A stretch of 64,000 nucleotides of DNA from Takakia lepidozioides (GCA_030704615.1 CM060732.1:48670001-48734000); one strand, 5' to 3'; shown: positions 1-12,609, counted from the first letter of the stretch. The notes: generated by a model from the sequence alone, not told the origin. Numbers and translations are program-made.

Positions 1-3000
1 GGGAAACAGAGGGAGAAGACGAGGACGCACGTGCACGTGTGATTCCCGGCACACGGAGAATTGAAGACAACCTTTCTGATCTTAGAGCGCAGGTAGGACT
101 CAACATTGTTTCCCCTCCCTTCAAAAGAAGATACACGCTCTCACACACCCACTCACTCTCTCCAGGGACTGGCAAAGTTGTCAAGATTACCAGGAAGATT
201 TTGTCAGTATTTTTGTTCCACTAAAACCACATGGAAACTGCAGCTGGCCCGTCTCGTTACTTTCATGATGGGCAGCAGTGTCATTCTTTTGAACTAAAGC
301 ATACATTTTCCTTGCAGGTAGCTGCAAATCAGCGGGGCATCGGGCTGATAGGAGAGCTGATAGAGCAATATGGTCTGGAAGTGGTGCAAGCGTACATGCT
401 CCATGTTCAGGTACTATACATGGAAAGGGAAAACTATCATCTTTGTTGCACTTTCTTCTGTTTTAAGATTGGTATGTCAAATTTTGTTGCCCCAATTTGT
501 CCCCAGCAAAATGTCCTTGTCTCTCATGTATAGAACATATGGAATTTTGGCATGGACCAATGTGTAGAGCAAAAAACCAGATGGATTGTGCCTGTGACTG
601 CTCAGACAAACAGTGACAGCACGAAATGCAGCTACAACTAAGGCGTTTCTGAGGGGATTCAGATCTGCCTTCAGACTCAGCATGTACTGGAAAAGGGTTC
701 CACCCACTTACCCTCCTAAACTCTTCTCTCCCCACCACAGTTGCTGGTCCTACTGGTGTGCATTATTCTTGTGGCTTTAGTGGCACTTACAAACAACGTC
801 TTATATGCAAGCAGGCAAATGCAGAGGCAGCAGTGCGTGAAATGCTCAAGTCAATGGTGGCTCATTCTTTCCCACAGTTGGCTTCAGTAAAGCAAGGAAA
901 CCTTGTGGTCCTGGAGGCTGAAGACTACATGGACGATGGTTCTTCTATTCATCTGAAGCTCACCATCGACAGTGTGAAAGGGGAGGCCCACTTCGACTTT
1001 GGAGGCACTAGTCCAGAGGTAGTCCACACTTACTCTCATTTGTTGCACAACTTTTGGATCCGTAATCAAGGTTTTTTTTTATCAAATGCATTTTGAGATA
1101 ATTCAATGTTTTTAGCACCTCAACCTCTTTGCTGACAAACTCCTCATCACTATCTTTAACTTCCCATCTCTCTCTCTTTAGACATATGTGAAGAATTTCT
1201 TAGAAATATCATGTTCTGTCATTCCTTACATTCTTGGGTTGAGTGCAGGTCTACTCAAACTGGAATGCCCCTGAGGCAGTGACATCTGCAGCCATCATCT
1301 ACTGTCTGCGTTGTCTGGTATGCCAGCCTTCCTGTAGATGTATCTCTACACTCACTAAGAGTGGGATTCGGGATGAGATTCTCATTTGTGCCCACCTGTG
1401 ACTACATAGGTTCATTCTTCAAACAAACCATCAAAGAAAGGAGCAAGGATACCCCTTTTGAGACCCAGTAGTGCCGTCAATAAAAGTGAGGGGGAGAAAT
1501 ACTTCTTAACATTGTTCAATGAGGTCAGGTGGTGGCGGTGGATGGAAACAGGTAGACGTGGACATACCCCTCAATCAGGGCTGCTTGGCACCAGTGTCTA
1601 TCTATATTCCAAAAGGTTCACTGCTGTCTCCCAGTGACAAAGCAGCTGTTGTGGGTGGCAACGTGCTTACTTCACAGCGTGTCACTGATGTTGTGTTGAC
1701 TGCCTTTCAAGCGTGCGCTTGCTCCCAAGGGTATGAATCTGACTGTCATTAAACTGGTTGGTCTTGATGACCTTGTCGCGTTCTTGGGGGAGGTTTGGGC
1801 AACCACGTCCCTCCAGAGGATGAGGATGATTGTCTGTGTGTTGTCTGACTTTGCTGTAATTCTTTATTTCCTGAAGACTCATTTTGTACATGGGTGTATT
1901 CGGGCCAACAGGTCTGGTTTGGAATGTCTTATACTAGGGTGGGAGCTCTTTTGAAAGTGTCATCATGTAAGGAAAATTTAATTCTTGATGTTGTCTATCA
2001 ATATTTCCAAACCTCTATCTGTAGGTGTATGAACAATCTGACGTTTGGAGATAAAGACATTTGGGTACTATGAGACAATTGGTGGGGGAGTGGTGCGGGA
2101 CCCACCTGGCATGGTGCCAGTGGTGTGCAATGCCACATGACCAACACCCGGATTACCGATCCTGAAATCTTTGAGCAGCGCTACCCTGTGCGTACCCTCT
2201 CCCATCCCAGACATAGAAGCATCTAGCACGGAATTTCCATACTCATAGAATGGTCTTGTCTTAGGCAGCTCGTTTTCCTTCTGACAGATTTTAAATCTCT
2301 TGATTCTTTTATATGGTTAATGATTACTTCTAGCTTCAAAACTGACTTACGTCTTTGTCCCCATCTGTTCTCCCCATCTGCTGTGTGTGTGTGGAGGAAT
2401 TTGAAGGAAGTATGCCTCCTCCCCCCTCTTTTTAGCCTGCCCTTCTTTCCTCTCTCAGATCATTGAAACTGTGCATCCCAGTCTTATCAGCATTTTTCAA
2501 CCAACCTGACCAACAGTACTTGATGAAATCAGGTTCTCCTACACAGGTTTGGGTTGCGAGAAAACAGTGGTGGTGCAGGCAAACATACAGGCGGAAATGG
2601 AATCATACGAGACATTGAGTTTCGCCGACCTGTCACTGTAAGTACAGGCAGATTGGATTTTCTCTTTCTTTACCTGTTTGTCTCTCTCTACTTCATGAAA
2701 GAAGTTTGAACTCAGTCATGCTGTTAATAGCTGAAAACAACTTTCCACAATTCAGCTTCCGCATTGCAAGTAGATTGAGTTGTGTGTTTCATGGCCCGGT
2801 GGTGCAGGTGAGCATTCTGTCAGAGCGCCGGGTGCATGCACCACGAGGGCTGGCAGGAGGCAAAGATGGTGCTCGAGGCCAAAACTTATTGTTGAAGAAA
2901 GATGGGCGATATTTATACTTGGGAGGTGTGCTGTACTGTCCTCTCACCTGCCTCGACAGTAAATCTAGCATGATTCCTTTCCAGCGATCCATGCATCTTG

Positions 3001-3243
3001 TGTTTGTGACAACTGACAGTCGTGCCCACCTTCCGTACCAGTAATGTTGGTATGATATTAGTGAAAATTAGATAGGTTTACTAATAATGACTGGTGTGAT
3101 GGCTTTACTCTCTTGGTGTATTTACTAATAAAGCCAGGGGCATGTATAATTTTGCAGGGAAAAATACTGTGCATGTGGAGGCAGGTGAAAGACTCCAAAT
3201 TTTGACGCCTGGTGGTGGTGGATGGGGTTGCTCCACCACGTGA
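1..3243 (+). CDS. OXP1: 5-oxoprolinase (ATP-hydrolysing), 3' part; 5' end lies outside the window
   Basis: GT-AG exons <1-92, 318-410, 815-1018, 1249-1317, 1552-1730, 2025-2187, 2533-2637, 2808-2925, 3158-3243. They join to hydantoinase B/oxoprolinase motifs ([60 protein letters not shown]), stop TGA 3241-3243. Exon 2025-2187 needs a +1/-1 homopolymer correction. Confidence 0.93.
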
Positions 3244-3574
3244 AACGGGTATTTTTTCCAATTCGGTGGAATGGGTGATAGTTCGGTGCAAATGCGGAAG
3301 TCAGGCTAGCACAGAAGAGCTTGCATCACTCCCATGTGATTGACCATAAGGTTTTACTTCTCACTATTCCAGAGCCCATGGTGGGGCACAGAGGAGACAT
3401 TGGCTTCCTTCCTCCAGGGAATGAGCCTCTGGCATGAACAATGACGATTGCTAAATTTGAGTATCAGTAAGATTGAAGCAGTTCATTTTCTTCTACATCA
3501 TCACAGTGTTTCCATTGTGTTCACTTTCATTATCACTACAAGAAGATCAACACAAATTTTTGTTGTGATAAACA

Positions 3575-4670
3575 CAACCTTAGATGACCAGGTGCAACAC
3601 TATTTGTCACCCATAGAGTACGGGCCTCTATCTGCTTGTTTTGATGAGATTGGAATTAGAGGAATGGTTGAATGCATGCTATTCGTGCAGACTCTCAACA
3701 AACTGGTTGTCGATTTACATCTTCCGTTTTGTTACATGTCCAGTGGAAGTGGTCGCAGCTACAGTTTTACAGATATGGTTATTTTGAACAATTCTGCTTC
3801 ACAAGGACAAGGGGAAAGGAAAGAACTTTCTGCAAGGGTTTATGAGAATGGTGAAGCTAAAGGCCGTGGGCAGTGGGAAATGCAAGGATCACAAGAGCTC
3901 AATGAGGCGTTGCTTGATCCTAAACAGGCCACAAAGATAGTAGAAGTAGTTCAACAGTTGTATAGTGACATGATATTAGACGAAACGAGGTATGGCTTCC
4001 TGATCAACTTCAATCAAACAGTGTTCTTCAGACAAGCAACCAATGTTCTAGACAAGACATTAGAGTTCTCACTTGTCGTTTCAATTGGGAATGCCAATTA
4101 TAGGGCCCACCCCGGAAAGGGGGCAGTAGCCGCAAGGCGAAGTCGCTCTTAGTTACGTCGGCTTTGGTCGGAGTCTTCTCTCTCTCTTGGGAATGCCCCA
4201 ATTGAAGCATATTTGTTCGTTTTAGCGCATAGTGATAGAGATTTGAAGCTTGTTCCCGCCATTCCAACAACAGGTTATGATTTGCAAGTACCCCCATTAA
4301 TCAAGAAAGAGCTCAAGAGGACGGACTCTCAGATCCCCATTGATTCCAAAAGTAACCATTGGGAAATGGAAGAAAAGATTAATCTCCATGGAGGTGGATT
4401 TGTCCGATTTTGCTACAAGGTTTTTTGGTATCGAGGAGTTTGCTCATTTGCCACAATACCATTTGCACGATATTGATCTTACCAGTTGGGTCATTGGCAT
4501 GAGGAAATGTGGTGGAAGGGGAACTTCTTAATGGCTTAGTAATAGCATTGAAGTTGTTTGATCTTCGCGGGGTGGATGCTGCGGATTCATTTGTGCGTGA
4601 GTTTGTGGCTTATCTAAGCCTAAGGAAATTACAAGGGATCAATATACCCGTGTTGTATGCAGTGGATCGC
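3575..4670 (+). pseudogene. Partial inverted copy of a Crinkler-like REase+kinase gene
   Basis: Reverse-complement homolog of 5520-6503 plus 12610-12850. Encodes QQLYSDMILDETRYGFLINFNQTVFFR and the kinase N-lobe (IALKLFD); frameshifted and truncated at both ends. Confidence 0.75.
4096..4186 (+). mobile_element. 91-bp insertion, probably retroposed, with 11-bp target-site duplication
   Basis: Flanked by TTGGGAATGCC at 4085-4095 and 4187-4197; absent from the paralogous copy near 6030-6040; ends in (TC)n. Confidence 0.8.
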
Positions 4671-6121
4671 ACATCCCAGAGTTAAGTGAACTGTCTATGA
4701 TGGATAGGTCTTGATTATTGCACAGCTTGAGCCTCTAGAAGTCTATCCGATTCACGTAATACGAGCATTCGCTTTGTCTAGTTTGCCTCCTGCATCCAAA
4801 CCGCTAGAACATTACAAATGATAGACCTGTGGGATTGAGAGAAGATGAACAAGAAAATTTGATGAGCCAACAACAGATTTGTGTATGGGAAGTAGACGAT
4901 AACACTGGGAGACATAAGAGGCAAAGTTGCACAGTCCACTGGCAGATCACCAATAATGAATCTATTTGAGTGTAGAAAGTAGCTTGATTTCTTGAAATAG
5001 GTATGCTTCGCAACTACGAAGTAAGCAAATATATATATATATATATATATATATAGTATAAGGTAACCTCTCATCTCTCTTCTGCGGTAACAAAGGGAGC
5101 ACAATCACAACCCTGGAACAACATCTTGCTTTGTAGTGATATCAATGTCACCACTGAATCCATTGCTGTTGGCTATCTGTGACTATTAAAACAATCTTGA
5201 CTGTGGTTGCAGACCCTTGTGCGTTGAGATGTGCTAATCAAGGCTGGCTATCACTGCTGTATCTTTTTTGCATTGACGTTGCAGAGCGGCCGATTGTCCA
5301 CTCATCTTTGGAAGAAGTGCAGAATCGAAGTCGATAAACTTTGCACTCCCTTTTGACAGCCGAACGTGTGAAAGTTTCAGGTTGTTGTGTAAAACTTCAT
5401 GTGCATGAATCTGTTGCAAAGCTTGTAAGACAATCCTCTTCTGCATTCGGGTTACTAGTGACAATCCAATATTGCACCTACCTTCATCTGATAATGTCAT
5501 GTACACCATGTTGCAATGGGGTATGCGACCCACTGCATACAACACAGTTATATTGATCCCCTGTAATTTCCTTAGGCTTAGATAAGCCACCTGCTTACGC
5601 ACAAATGAATCCGCAGTATCCACCACGCGAAGATCAAACAACTTCAATGCTATTGCTAAGCCATTATGAAGTTCCTCTTCCACCACATTTCCATAATTTC
5701 CCATACCCAACTGGTAAGTCCAATATCTTGCAAGTGGTATTGTGGCAAACGAGCAAACTCCTCGATACCAAAAAACCTGTAGCAAAATCGGACAAATCCA
5801 CCTTCGTGGAGATTAATTTTTTCTTCCATTTCCCAATAGCTCTCATTGTCACTTTTGGAATCAATGGGGATCTGAGAGTCCGTCCTCTTGAGCTCTTCTT
5901 GATTAGTGGGGGTATTTGCAAATCATAACCTGTTGTTGGGAGTGGCGGAAACAAGCGTTGTTTGAAGATGTTGCTTTAAATCTCTATTACTATGCGCTTG
6001 AACCAAAATGATCAAATATGCTTCCTTTGGGGCATTCCCAATTGAAACGACAGGTGAGAACTCTAATGTCTTGTCTATAACATCGGTTGCTCGTCTAAAG
6101 AACACTGTTTGATTGAAGTTG

Positions 6122-6304
6122 ACAACTAGCATGTAACCCAGTGGTAATGAGCATATAAGCACCATGTTGGATGTGATTGTGGATTGTGTCATGAAGGTGT
6201 CCACCTTTCAGCTGGAAGGCAATAGCCCTTGTGGTGAAGTGACACCATAAGTTACGGTTCTTTTAGGAGGTGTCATTTTATTTTTTTAAATTTAATTTAA
6301 TTTT
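6122..6304. mobile_element. 183-bp insertion with 9-bp direct repeat
   Basis: TTGAAGTTG at 6113-6121 and 6305-6313; the paralog near 4005-4015 has a single copy and no insert. Confidence 0.7.
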
Positions 6305-6503
6305 TTGAAGTTGGTCAGGAAGCCATACCTCGTTTCGTCTAATACCATGTCATCATACAACTGTTGAACTACTTCCACTATCTTTGTGACATGTTTAGGG
6401 TCAAATAATGCCTCATTGAGCTTTTGTGATCCTTGCATTTCCCACTGTAACGGCCCATTAACTTCACTATTCCCATAAACCCTCGCAGAAAGTTCTTTCC
6501 TTT

Positions 6504-7098
6504 TGTCAAGGACGAGAACATGACTGAACACAAACAAGAGATCAGACTAGAGGTACAAGACTAGACAAGAAGTCAAGGTCGGCGTGGCCGAATGCATGAT
6601 GGATAAACATGAATCAAGGTGATCTTTATAACAATGGACAAGAGTACAAGATACTGGAACTTGACTTTGATACTGGAACGCTGGAAACTGAACTAGAGTA
6701 CCAGATACTGGGAACTAGACTAGAGTACTGGAAGCTGGACTGGAGTACTGGGACTTGAAACAAGAGTAGCTTAAACTTGAGTTGGCGAGACTGAAGAGTA
6801 TCCAGTCTCGCCTCCTATATATACTGGCTATTAAGCAGTTTCCTAAGAAGCTTCCCCAATGGAGGTTTCTTGATGGAGAAGTTTTTTTAAACAAATGAGG
6901 TATCTTGATGAAGAAGTTTATTTCAAAGGAAATTTCCTAAGCAGTTTCCCAAATTACTCTCGATAATTTGGTAAACTTTCGGTAACTTTATAACTAATGA
7001 TAACTTAGGTAAATCATGATAAATTATAGTAAATTATGGTAACTTGATAACTTATGGTATTTATTCCTGGTAAGTTCCTCTGGGCTATGTCCGTGATA
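6504..7098 (-). repeat. 3' LTR
   Basis: Direct repeat of 12014-12609; abuts the polypurine tract. Confidence 0.92.
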
Positions 7099-7112
7099 TC
7101 ACCCCTTCTTCT
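7099..7112 (-). other. Polypurine tract
   Basis: Minus strand AGAAGAAGGGGTGA immediately before the 3' LTR. Confidence 0.8.
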
Positions 7113-7679
7113 AGCTCCGAGTTCCAGCGATAAAATCTTGGACTTGCTTAGAGTTAGAGAAAATCCAAAATCCGGCGAATTGTACTTGCCAAATATTTGG
7201 CTCTTCGTTCTTGATTCAAATGATTTATAGGTCCCTACAACCATCGATAGTATCCAACACCTTGAATTTGGGACCACGCAGTGATTTGAACATTCTGATT
7301 TTCAAAGCTGCCTTCAAACATGATTTCGTTGCCCTCTGGTTTCAAAGCCTCAAGTTCCAACAAGATTATTAAACTTCATATAAGCGCGACTTCTCGTCGT
7401 ACGGGGTCCAGATGAGGAAGTACTCGTCGCGTTGATGGCCCATCATCTTGAGAGCGTCGGCGTGATGTTGAAGGTCGTGAGAGTCGGAATGGCTGGTCTG
7501 GTAGTTGGGTAAGCGACAACTCTAATGTATCTGGTTCCTGTGACTCCATGCTGCTAATACAAGATGCAAGAGTGTTGGAAGTGTAACTATATATACTGAT
7601 GTGTGGTGCTCCTCCCTCCTTACCGTGTACCAGGTACACTGAATGTGGAGTCTTCACCTTGAAGCTAACTTGGCTGATA

Positions 7680-10600
7680 TCATCGTTGTGACGTCTTACT
7701 GACGTGTAGCTCGGGGCTTAGCTGGATATCGTTGATGAAACTTTTGGACTTTGTCAGATGCATTGGCGAGGTTGGATGACAGTTCCCACGTTCGTTCGCT
7801 GATGTCGTAGTCTTTCCAATTACGAAATACTCAAGACGTTTATACTTGATGCGAGAGTCTACGACTTCGTCGACTTCATACTCGATTTTCTGATTGACTT
7901 CAATCGGTGGAGGTGGTATAGAAACTCGTCCGGGGATACTTGAGTGATGATACAACTCTAATAATGAGACATGAAATACTGAATATATGCGCATACTTCG
8001 TGGGAGTTCAAACCGAAAACTGACCGGATTTATTTGACGAATAATTTTGAATGGTCCTAGACGTTGATAATCCAACTTCATTCATGGTCGCGATGTTTGT
8101 ATGTCCCGTCGAAGAAACCATACACGATCTCCGACCTTGAACTGGGGATGTTGATCTACATACTCCTTGTATTGTTTTTGAGCTTCTGCGAGGTGAAATA
8201 TAAAGTCCTTGTGAATCGTAGCAAGATGAGTAACAAGGTTTTCCGCAGCAGGGCTTTCAACAGTCTTCATGTGGAAAGGGTTTGTTCAAGGATGATGACC
8301 ATAATTGGAGAAAAATGGAGTTTGCTTGGTCGAAGAATGTATAATATTGTTGTAGGCAAACTTAGCCAATGATAGAAGGTCCGTCCAATTATCTTGGTGA
8401 TAATTTATCGTACAACGAAGATACTGCTCCAAAATTTGGTTTACGCGTTCGGTTTGACTATCAGTCTGTGGATGATTAGATGTAGAGAGGTTGATCTTAG
8501 TATCCAATATGTGAAATAATCCCCTCCAAAATTTTGATATGAACTGTGGTCCTCGATCAGATACGACGTCATTCGAGAGTCCATGAATGCGGTAAATATT
8601 ATTGAGAAAAAATCTTGTAGTTTCCTCGCCAGTAACCATCTTATTACATGGAATGAAATGTGACATCTTATATCAATTCCATTGTTTTGTTGAAGCCGAA
8701 ATATCCTGCAGCCGGATGATCATGACCTGTTTGAAGAATTCGAAGTCGTATAGGTCTTGGAGGTACACAGAGAAGTCCCTTGAAGTAAAGTAAGTCATCT
8801 TTGAATTCGAAATCGTTTGTAACATATGGGTGGTCTTAAGGTTGATTTAGTTGACTTCGTAGTGTTTTAGTAAATTGGTCACTCTTTAGTGCTTCCTGAA
8901 TCTCCTTTATGATCTCTGCATCGTCATATGTGGACATGGATAGCATATTCAATTGGAGATTTGTTGGTTTCAAGATGATGGATTTATGTTGGTCGAAAGC
9001 TACGTCCCTTTCTTTTGGCGCAAGATACGATCGTTGAGAAAGAGCATCTGGTTTTCCTTGAAGGTGTCCCGGACGGTAGGTAATAACAAAATCAAACTTT
9101 GCTAGTGACATACTCTATCTCGCTTGACGTCGATTTAAAACACGAGCACTCATAAAATACTCGAGGTTTTTGTGATTGGTGTAGACAGTGACCTGATGTT
9201 TAGCTCCCTCCAATAGATGACGCCACTCTTCAAAAGCATCAATAATCACTAGAAGTTCTTTGTCATGGATTTCATAATTGATCTCCGCAGCGGAAAATTT
9301 GCGAGAACGAAAACCAACAGGGTGAAGTTGGCCATCCGTACCGTATTAAGAGAGTACAGCACCAAGTGTAAAGTCCGATGCATCTGCTTTAAAAAAGAAT
9401 GGTTTAGATAGGTCTGCATGTACCAGTATTTGAGCCGTTGTAAATGCATGCTTCGACCTTTCAAATGCCTGGTCAGCCTTCTCATCCCATACAAATTTGT
9501 CCTTCCCTGTGAGTCGTGTCAATGGTGCAGCAACTTTGGAATAGTCCTTGATAAAGATTCTATATAAATTTGCAAATCCCGAAAAACATTGTACATCTCG
9601 AACCGAAGTTGGTTTAATCCACTCAATGATGGTTTGTATTTTCTTCTTATCCATAAAAACACCTTTGTCAGAAATAATGTAGCCCATAAATTCGATCTCA
9701 GATTGATGGAAAAGACATTTTTCCAACTTGACATTTAGTCATCTTCTCTTAATTTATCAAGGACAATGCGTACATGGTGGCCATGTTCTTCTTCATTCTG
9801 TGAAAATATCAAAATGTAGTCCAAATAGATGACTATAAAGTCATCTAAAAATTCTCGAAAGATATCATTCATCATATATTGAAAAAATGTTGGAGCATTT
9901 GTAAGACCGAAAGACATAACACTGTATTCAAAATGTCCATACCTTGTTCGAAAGCTGTTTTCCATTCGTCTCCTTCTTTTATCCGTACAAGGTTATAAGC
10001 TTCTCTCAAATCAATTTTGGTGAAAATCTTCGCTCATCCCAGCTGGTCGAGAAGCCCAGAAATCAGCGGTAACGGATAACGATTCTTAATTGTGACTTTG
10101 TTGATACCGCGATAGTCTACACACATGCGTAATGATCCGTCCTTCTTTTTCAAAAACAAGATAGGCACCCCCGCATATGATTTTGAATGTCGGATGAAGT
10201 TCTTCAACAAATTTTCATCAATGTATTCACGTAATGAAGTCAACTCCGTCTGAGATAAGTTATATATTGGGCCGAATGGTGGTTGGGCTCCTTCTTGTAA
10301 CTCAATTGCACAATCATAAGGTCGATGTTCTGGCAATATGTTTGCATTTTTCTTCTCGAAGACATCATTGAAATCTTGATATTGAGTGGGTAATGTTGAA
10401 GTACCTTTGTCTGTTGTGGTCTTGATCGGTGTCGCATAAAGTGCAAATGCCGTATCCTTTTTGGTAGCTCTCATGAAAGCTTTAGCTCCAAGGAACATGG
10501 GTTGAATACCTCTGATATTTCTACATTTTTGTCTTGCAGAAATTTTTTACGATCGCTAGTCGATGTCAAGATTGTGAAGTACGAACCAGAGAAGTCTAAA

Positions 10601-11975
10601 GATCACATGATTCGTTGGAGACTGGATGACGTTGAAAACAATATGTGATGCTTCATCTTTAAACTTCACTTCAAGTGGTCGAGTTTCATGGTCAACATTT
10701 CCTGAAGCTAACGGTCGTCTATCGATGACTTCAATAGGGACCGAAAGTTTCTTCTTTACGAGCGTTAAATTGTATTGCTTCGCAAAGTTTTTGTCAATAA
10801 AACATGCTGAAGCCCCTGAGTCCAAAAGTGTTTCTACAGAGACATCTCGATTTTGCACTCTGATTTTTACCAGAACTGTGAAGCAAGGTGCAGGGTCTGG
10901 AGGTAGAAATAGACCTTTTTTGGTTGAGGAATTTGTGGTGTCCAACCGTATAGTCCCTACTGCGACTGGACATCTTCATTTTCCGACCTCCTTGTATCGA
11001 ACACTTGAATTGCACCCCGAGCTTTTGGATCTTATCTTGTTGGGACAATTTAATGCTATGTGATCTTCTTCTCCGCAATAGAGGCATAATCCATTCGAGC
11101 GCCGTCTTTGTTTTTCTTGTGGCGTCAATGGCTTGAATCGGACAGCATCAATCTGCATAGGATCACTATCGAATATCTGATGGATTGTTGTGTTTGTTGC
11201 CGTAGTAGCAGCGGCATGATGCGTCGTCGACCAACCATATTGCTTCTCTTGACGTCTTTCGAACAAACGATTGTCGCATGCAATGATTTGGATGATTCGC
11301 TCAGTGTACTCACGTTTGACATTGTCAGCAACAAATCTTTTACATCATCTTTTAGCCCACATCGAAACTGACTAATGAGGCTCTTCTCATTCCAGTCGAG
11401 GTCGTACGAAAATTGTTGAAATTCGGCAGCATAAACGGAAGCAGGACGTACTCCTTGTCGAAGATTTCATATCTGTATCTCTGTAACTTTCTCTCTATCA
11501 TTCTCTCAAAACGTTGCAGTGAACTCGGACATGAACGCTTTAAAATTGTATAGTAAATGCGAATTTTTTTCTAATAGCGGTGCAAACCAAGATAGGGCAG
11601 TGACAGGAATGACCATCCCACTTGAATACCTTCATCAGGGTAGCGTTGTGGATGTAGTCGTACGAACAATCGTACTTGTTGAACAAAACCGCAAAATTTT
11701 GATATCGTCCCATCAAATTTCTCGGGCATGCTGATCTTGGTTTCTCGTAATCTGTTGAAGAGAAAGTGTAGGAGCTGTTGCAGTAGGGACTCGTATGGTT
11801 CCAGATCCATTGTTCGACTCTTTAACTCTGAAATTTGTTGTTACAAATTGTGGAGAGAGTTGTCAAGATCTTGAGACTGATCAGCTTGTAATTGGGCGGT
11901 AGAGGTATGAAGTTCTTGCATCTGGAGCTGAAGACTCTGCAAGGTGACGACCATTTCCACAAATGTGTATTCCAT
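7680..11975 (-). pseudogene. gag-pol remnant (gag, PR, RT, RNase H, IN, chromodomain)
   Basis: Fragmented ORFs in Ty3 order; YLDD changed to YLDY; deletion near 8670 removes part of the integrase N-terminus; many stops and frameshifts. Confidence 0.9.
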
Positions 11976-12000
11976 CTCAACTGACTAAGGAACAAACTTT

Positions 12001-12011
12001 AGTCTCGCCAA
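12001..12011 (-). other. Primer-binding site complementary to the LTR's own predicted transcript start
   Basis: Minus strand TTGGCGAGACT 2 nt after the 5' LTR; exact complement AGTCTCGCCAA on the minus strand at 12294-12284. Confidence 0.75.
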
Positions 12012-12013
12012 AC

Positions 12014-12609
12014 TGTCAAGGACGAGAACATGACTGAACACAAACAAGAGATCAGACTAGAGGTACAAGACTAGACAAGAAGTCAAGGTCGGCGTGGCCG
12101 AATGCATGATGGGTAAACATGAATCAAGATGATATTTATAACAATGGACAAGACTACAAGATACTGGAACTTGACTTGGATACTGGAATGCTGCAAACTG
12201 AACTGAAGTACCAGAATTGGACTAGAGTACTGGAAGCTGGACTAGAGTTCTGGGACTTGAAACAAGAGTAGTTTGAACTTGTGTTGGCGAGACTGAAGAG
12301 TATCCAGTCTCGCCTCCTATATATACTGGCTACTAGGAAGTTCCTTAAGAAGCTTCCCCAAAGGAGGTTTCTTGATGGAGAAATTTTTAAAAACAAATGA
12401 GGTATCTTGATGGAGAAGTTTCTTCCAAAGGAAGCTTCCTGAGCAGTTTCCCAAGTTACTCTCAGTAACTTGGTAAACTCCCGGTAACTTGGTAACTAAT
12501 GACAACTTATGGTAAATCATGGTAAATCATGATAACTTTCGGTAACATGATAACTTCGTAACTTTTGGTATTTACTCCTGGTAAGTTCCTCTGGGCTATG
12601 TCTGTGACA
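12014..12609 (-). repeat. 5' LTR
   Basis: TG...CA termini; TATATATA at 12318-12325; direct repeat of 6504-7098. Confidence 0.93.

Larger units (their letters stand above)
6504..12609 (-). mobile_element. Ty3/Gypsy chromovirus (Tcn1/Tf1-like), both LTRs present, inactive
   Basis: Two ~595-bp LTRs; gag CCHC knuckle, protease LLDSGAS, RT, RNase H DASD, integrase SDRGPQF/HPQTD, chromodomain [11 protein letters not shown]; 5-bp TSD CCTTT/CTTTT (1 mismatch) supported by the empty site in the paralog at ~3810-3820. Confidence 0.95.

Noticed and set aside
4110-4146. Hammerhead ribozyme (stem + GAA)
   Set aside because: No CUGAnGA core; the pattern fits a loop-E motif instead.
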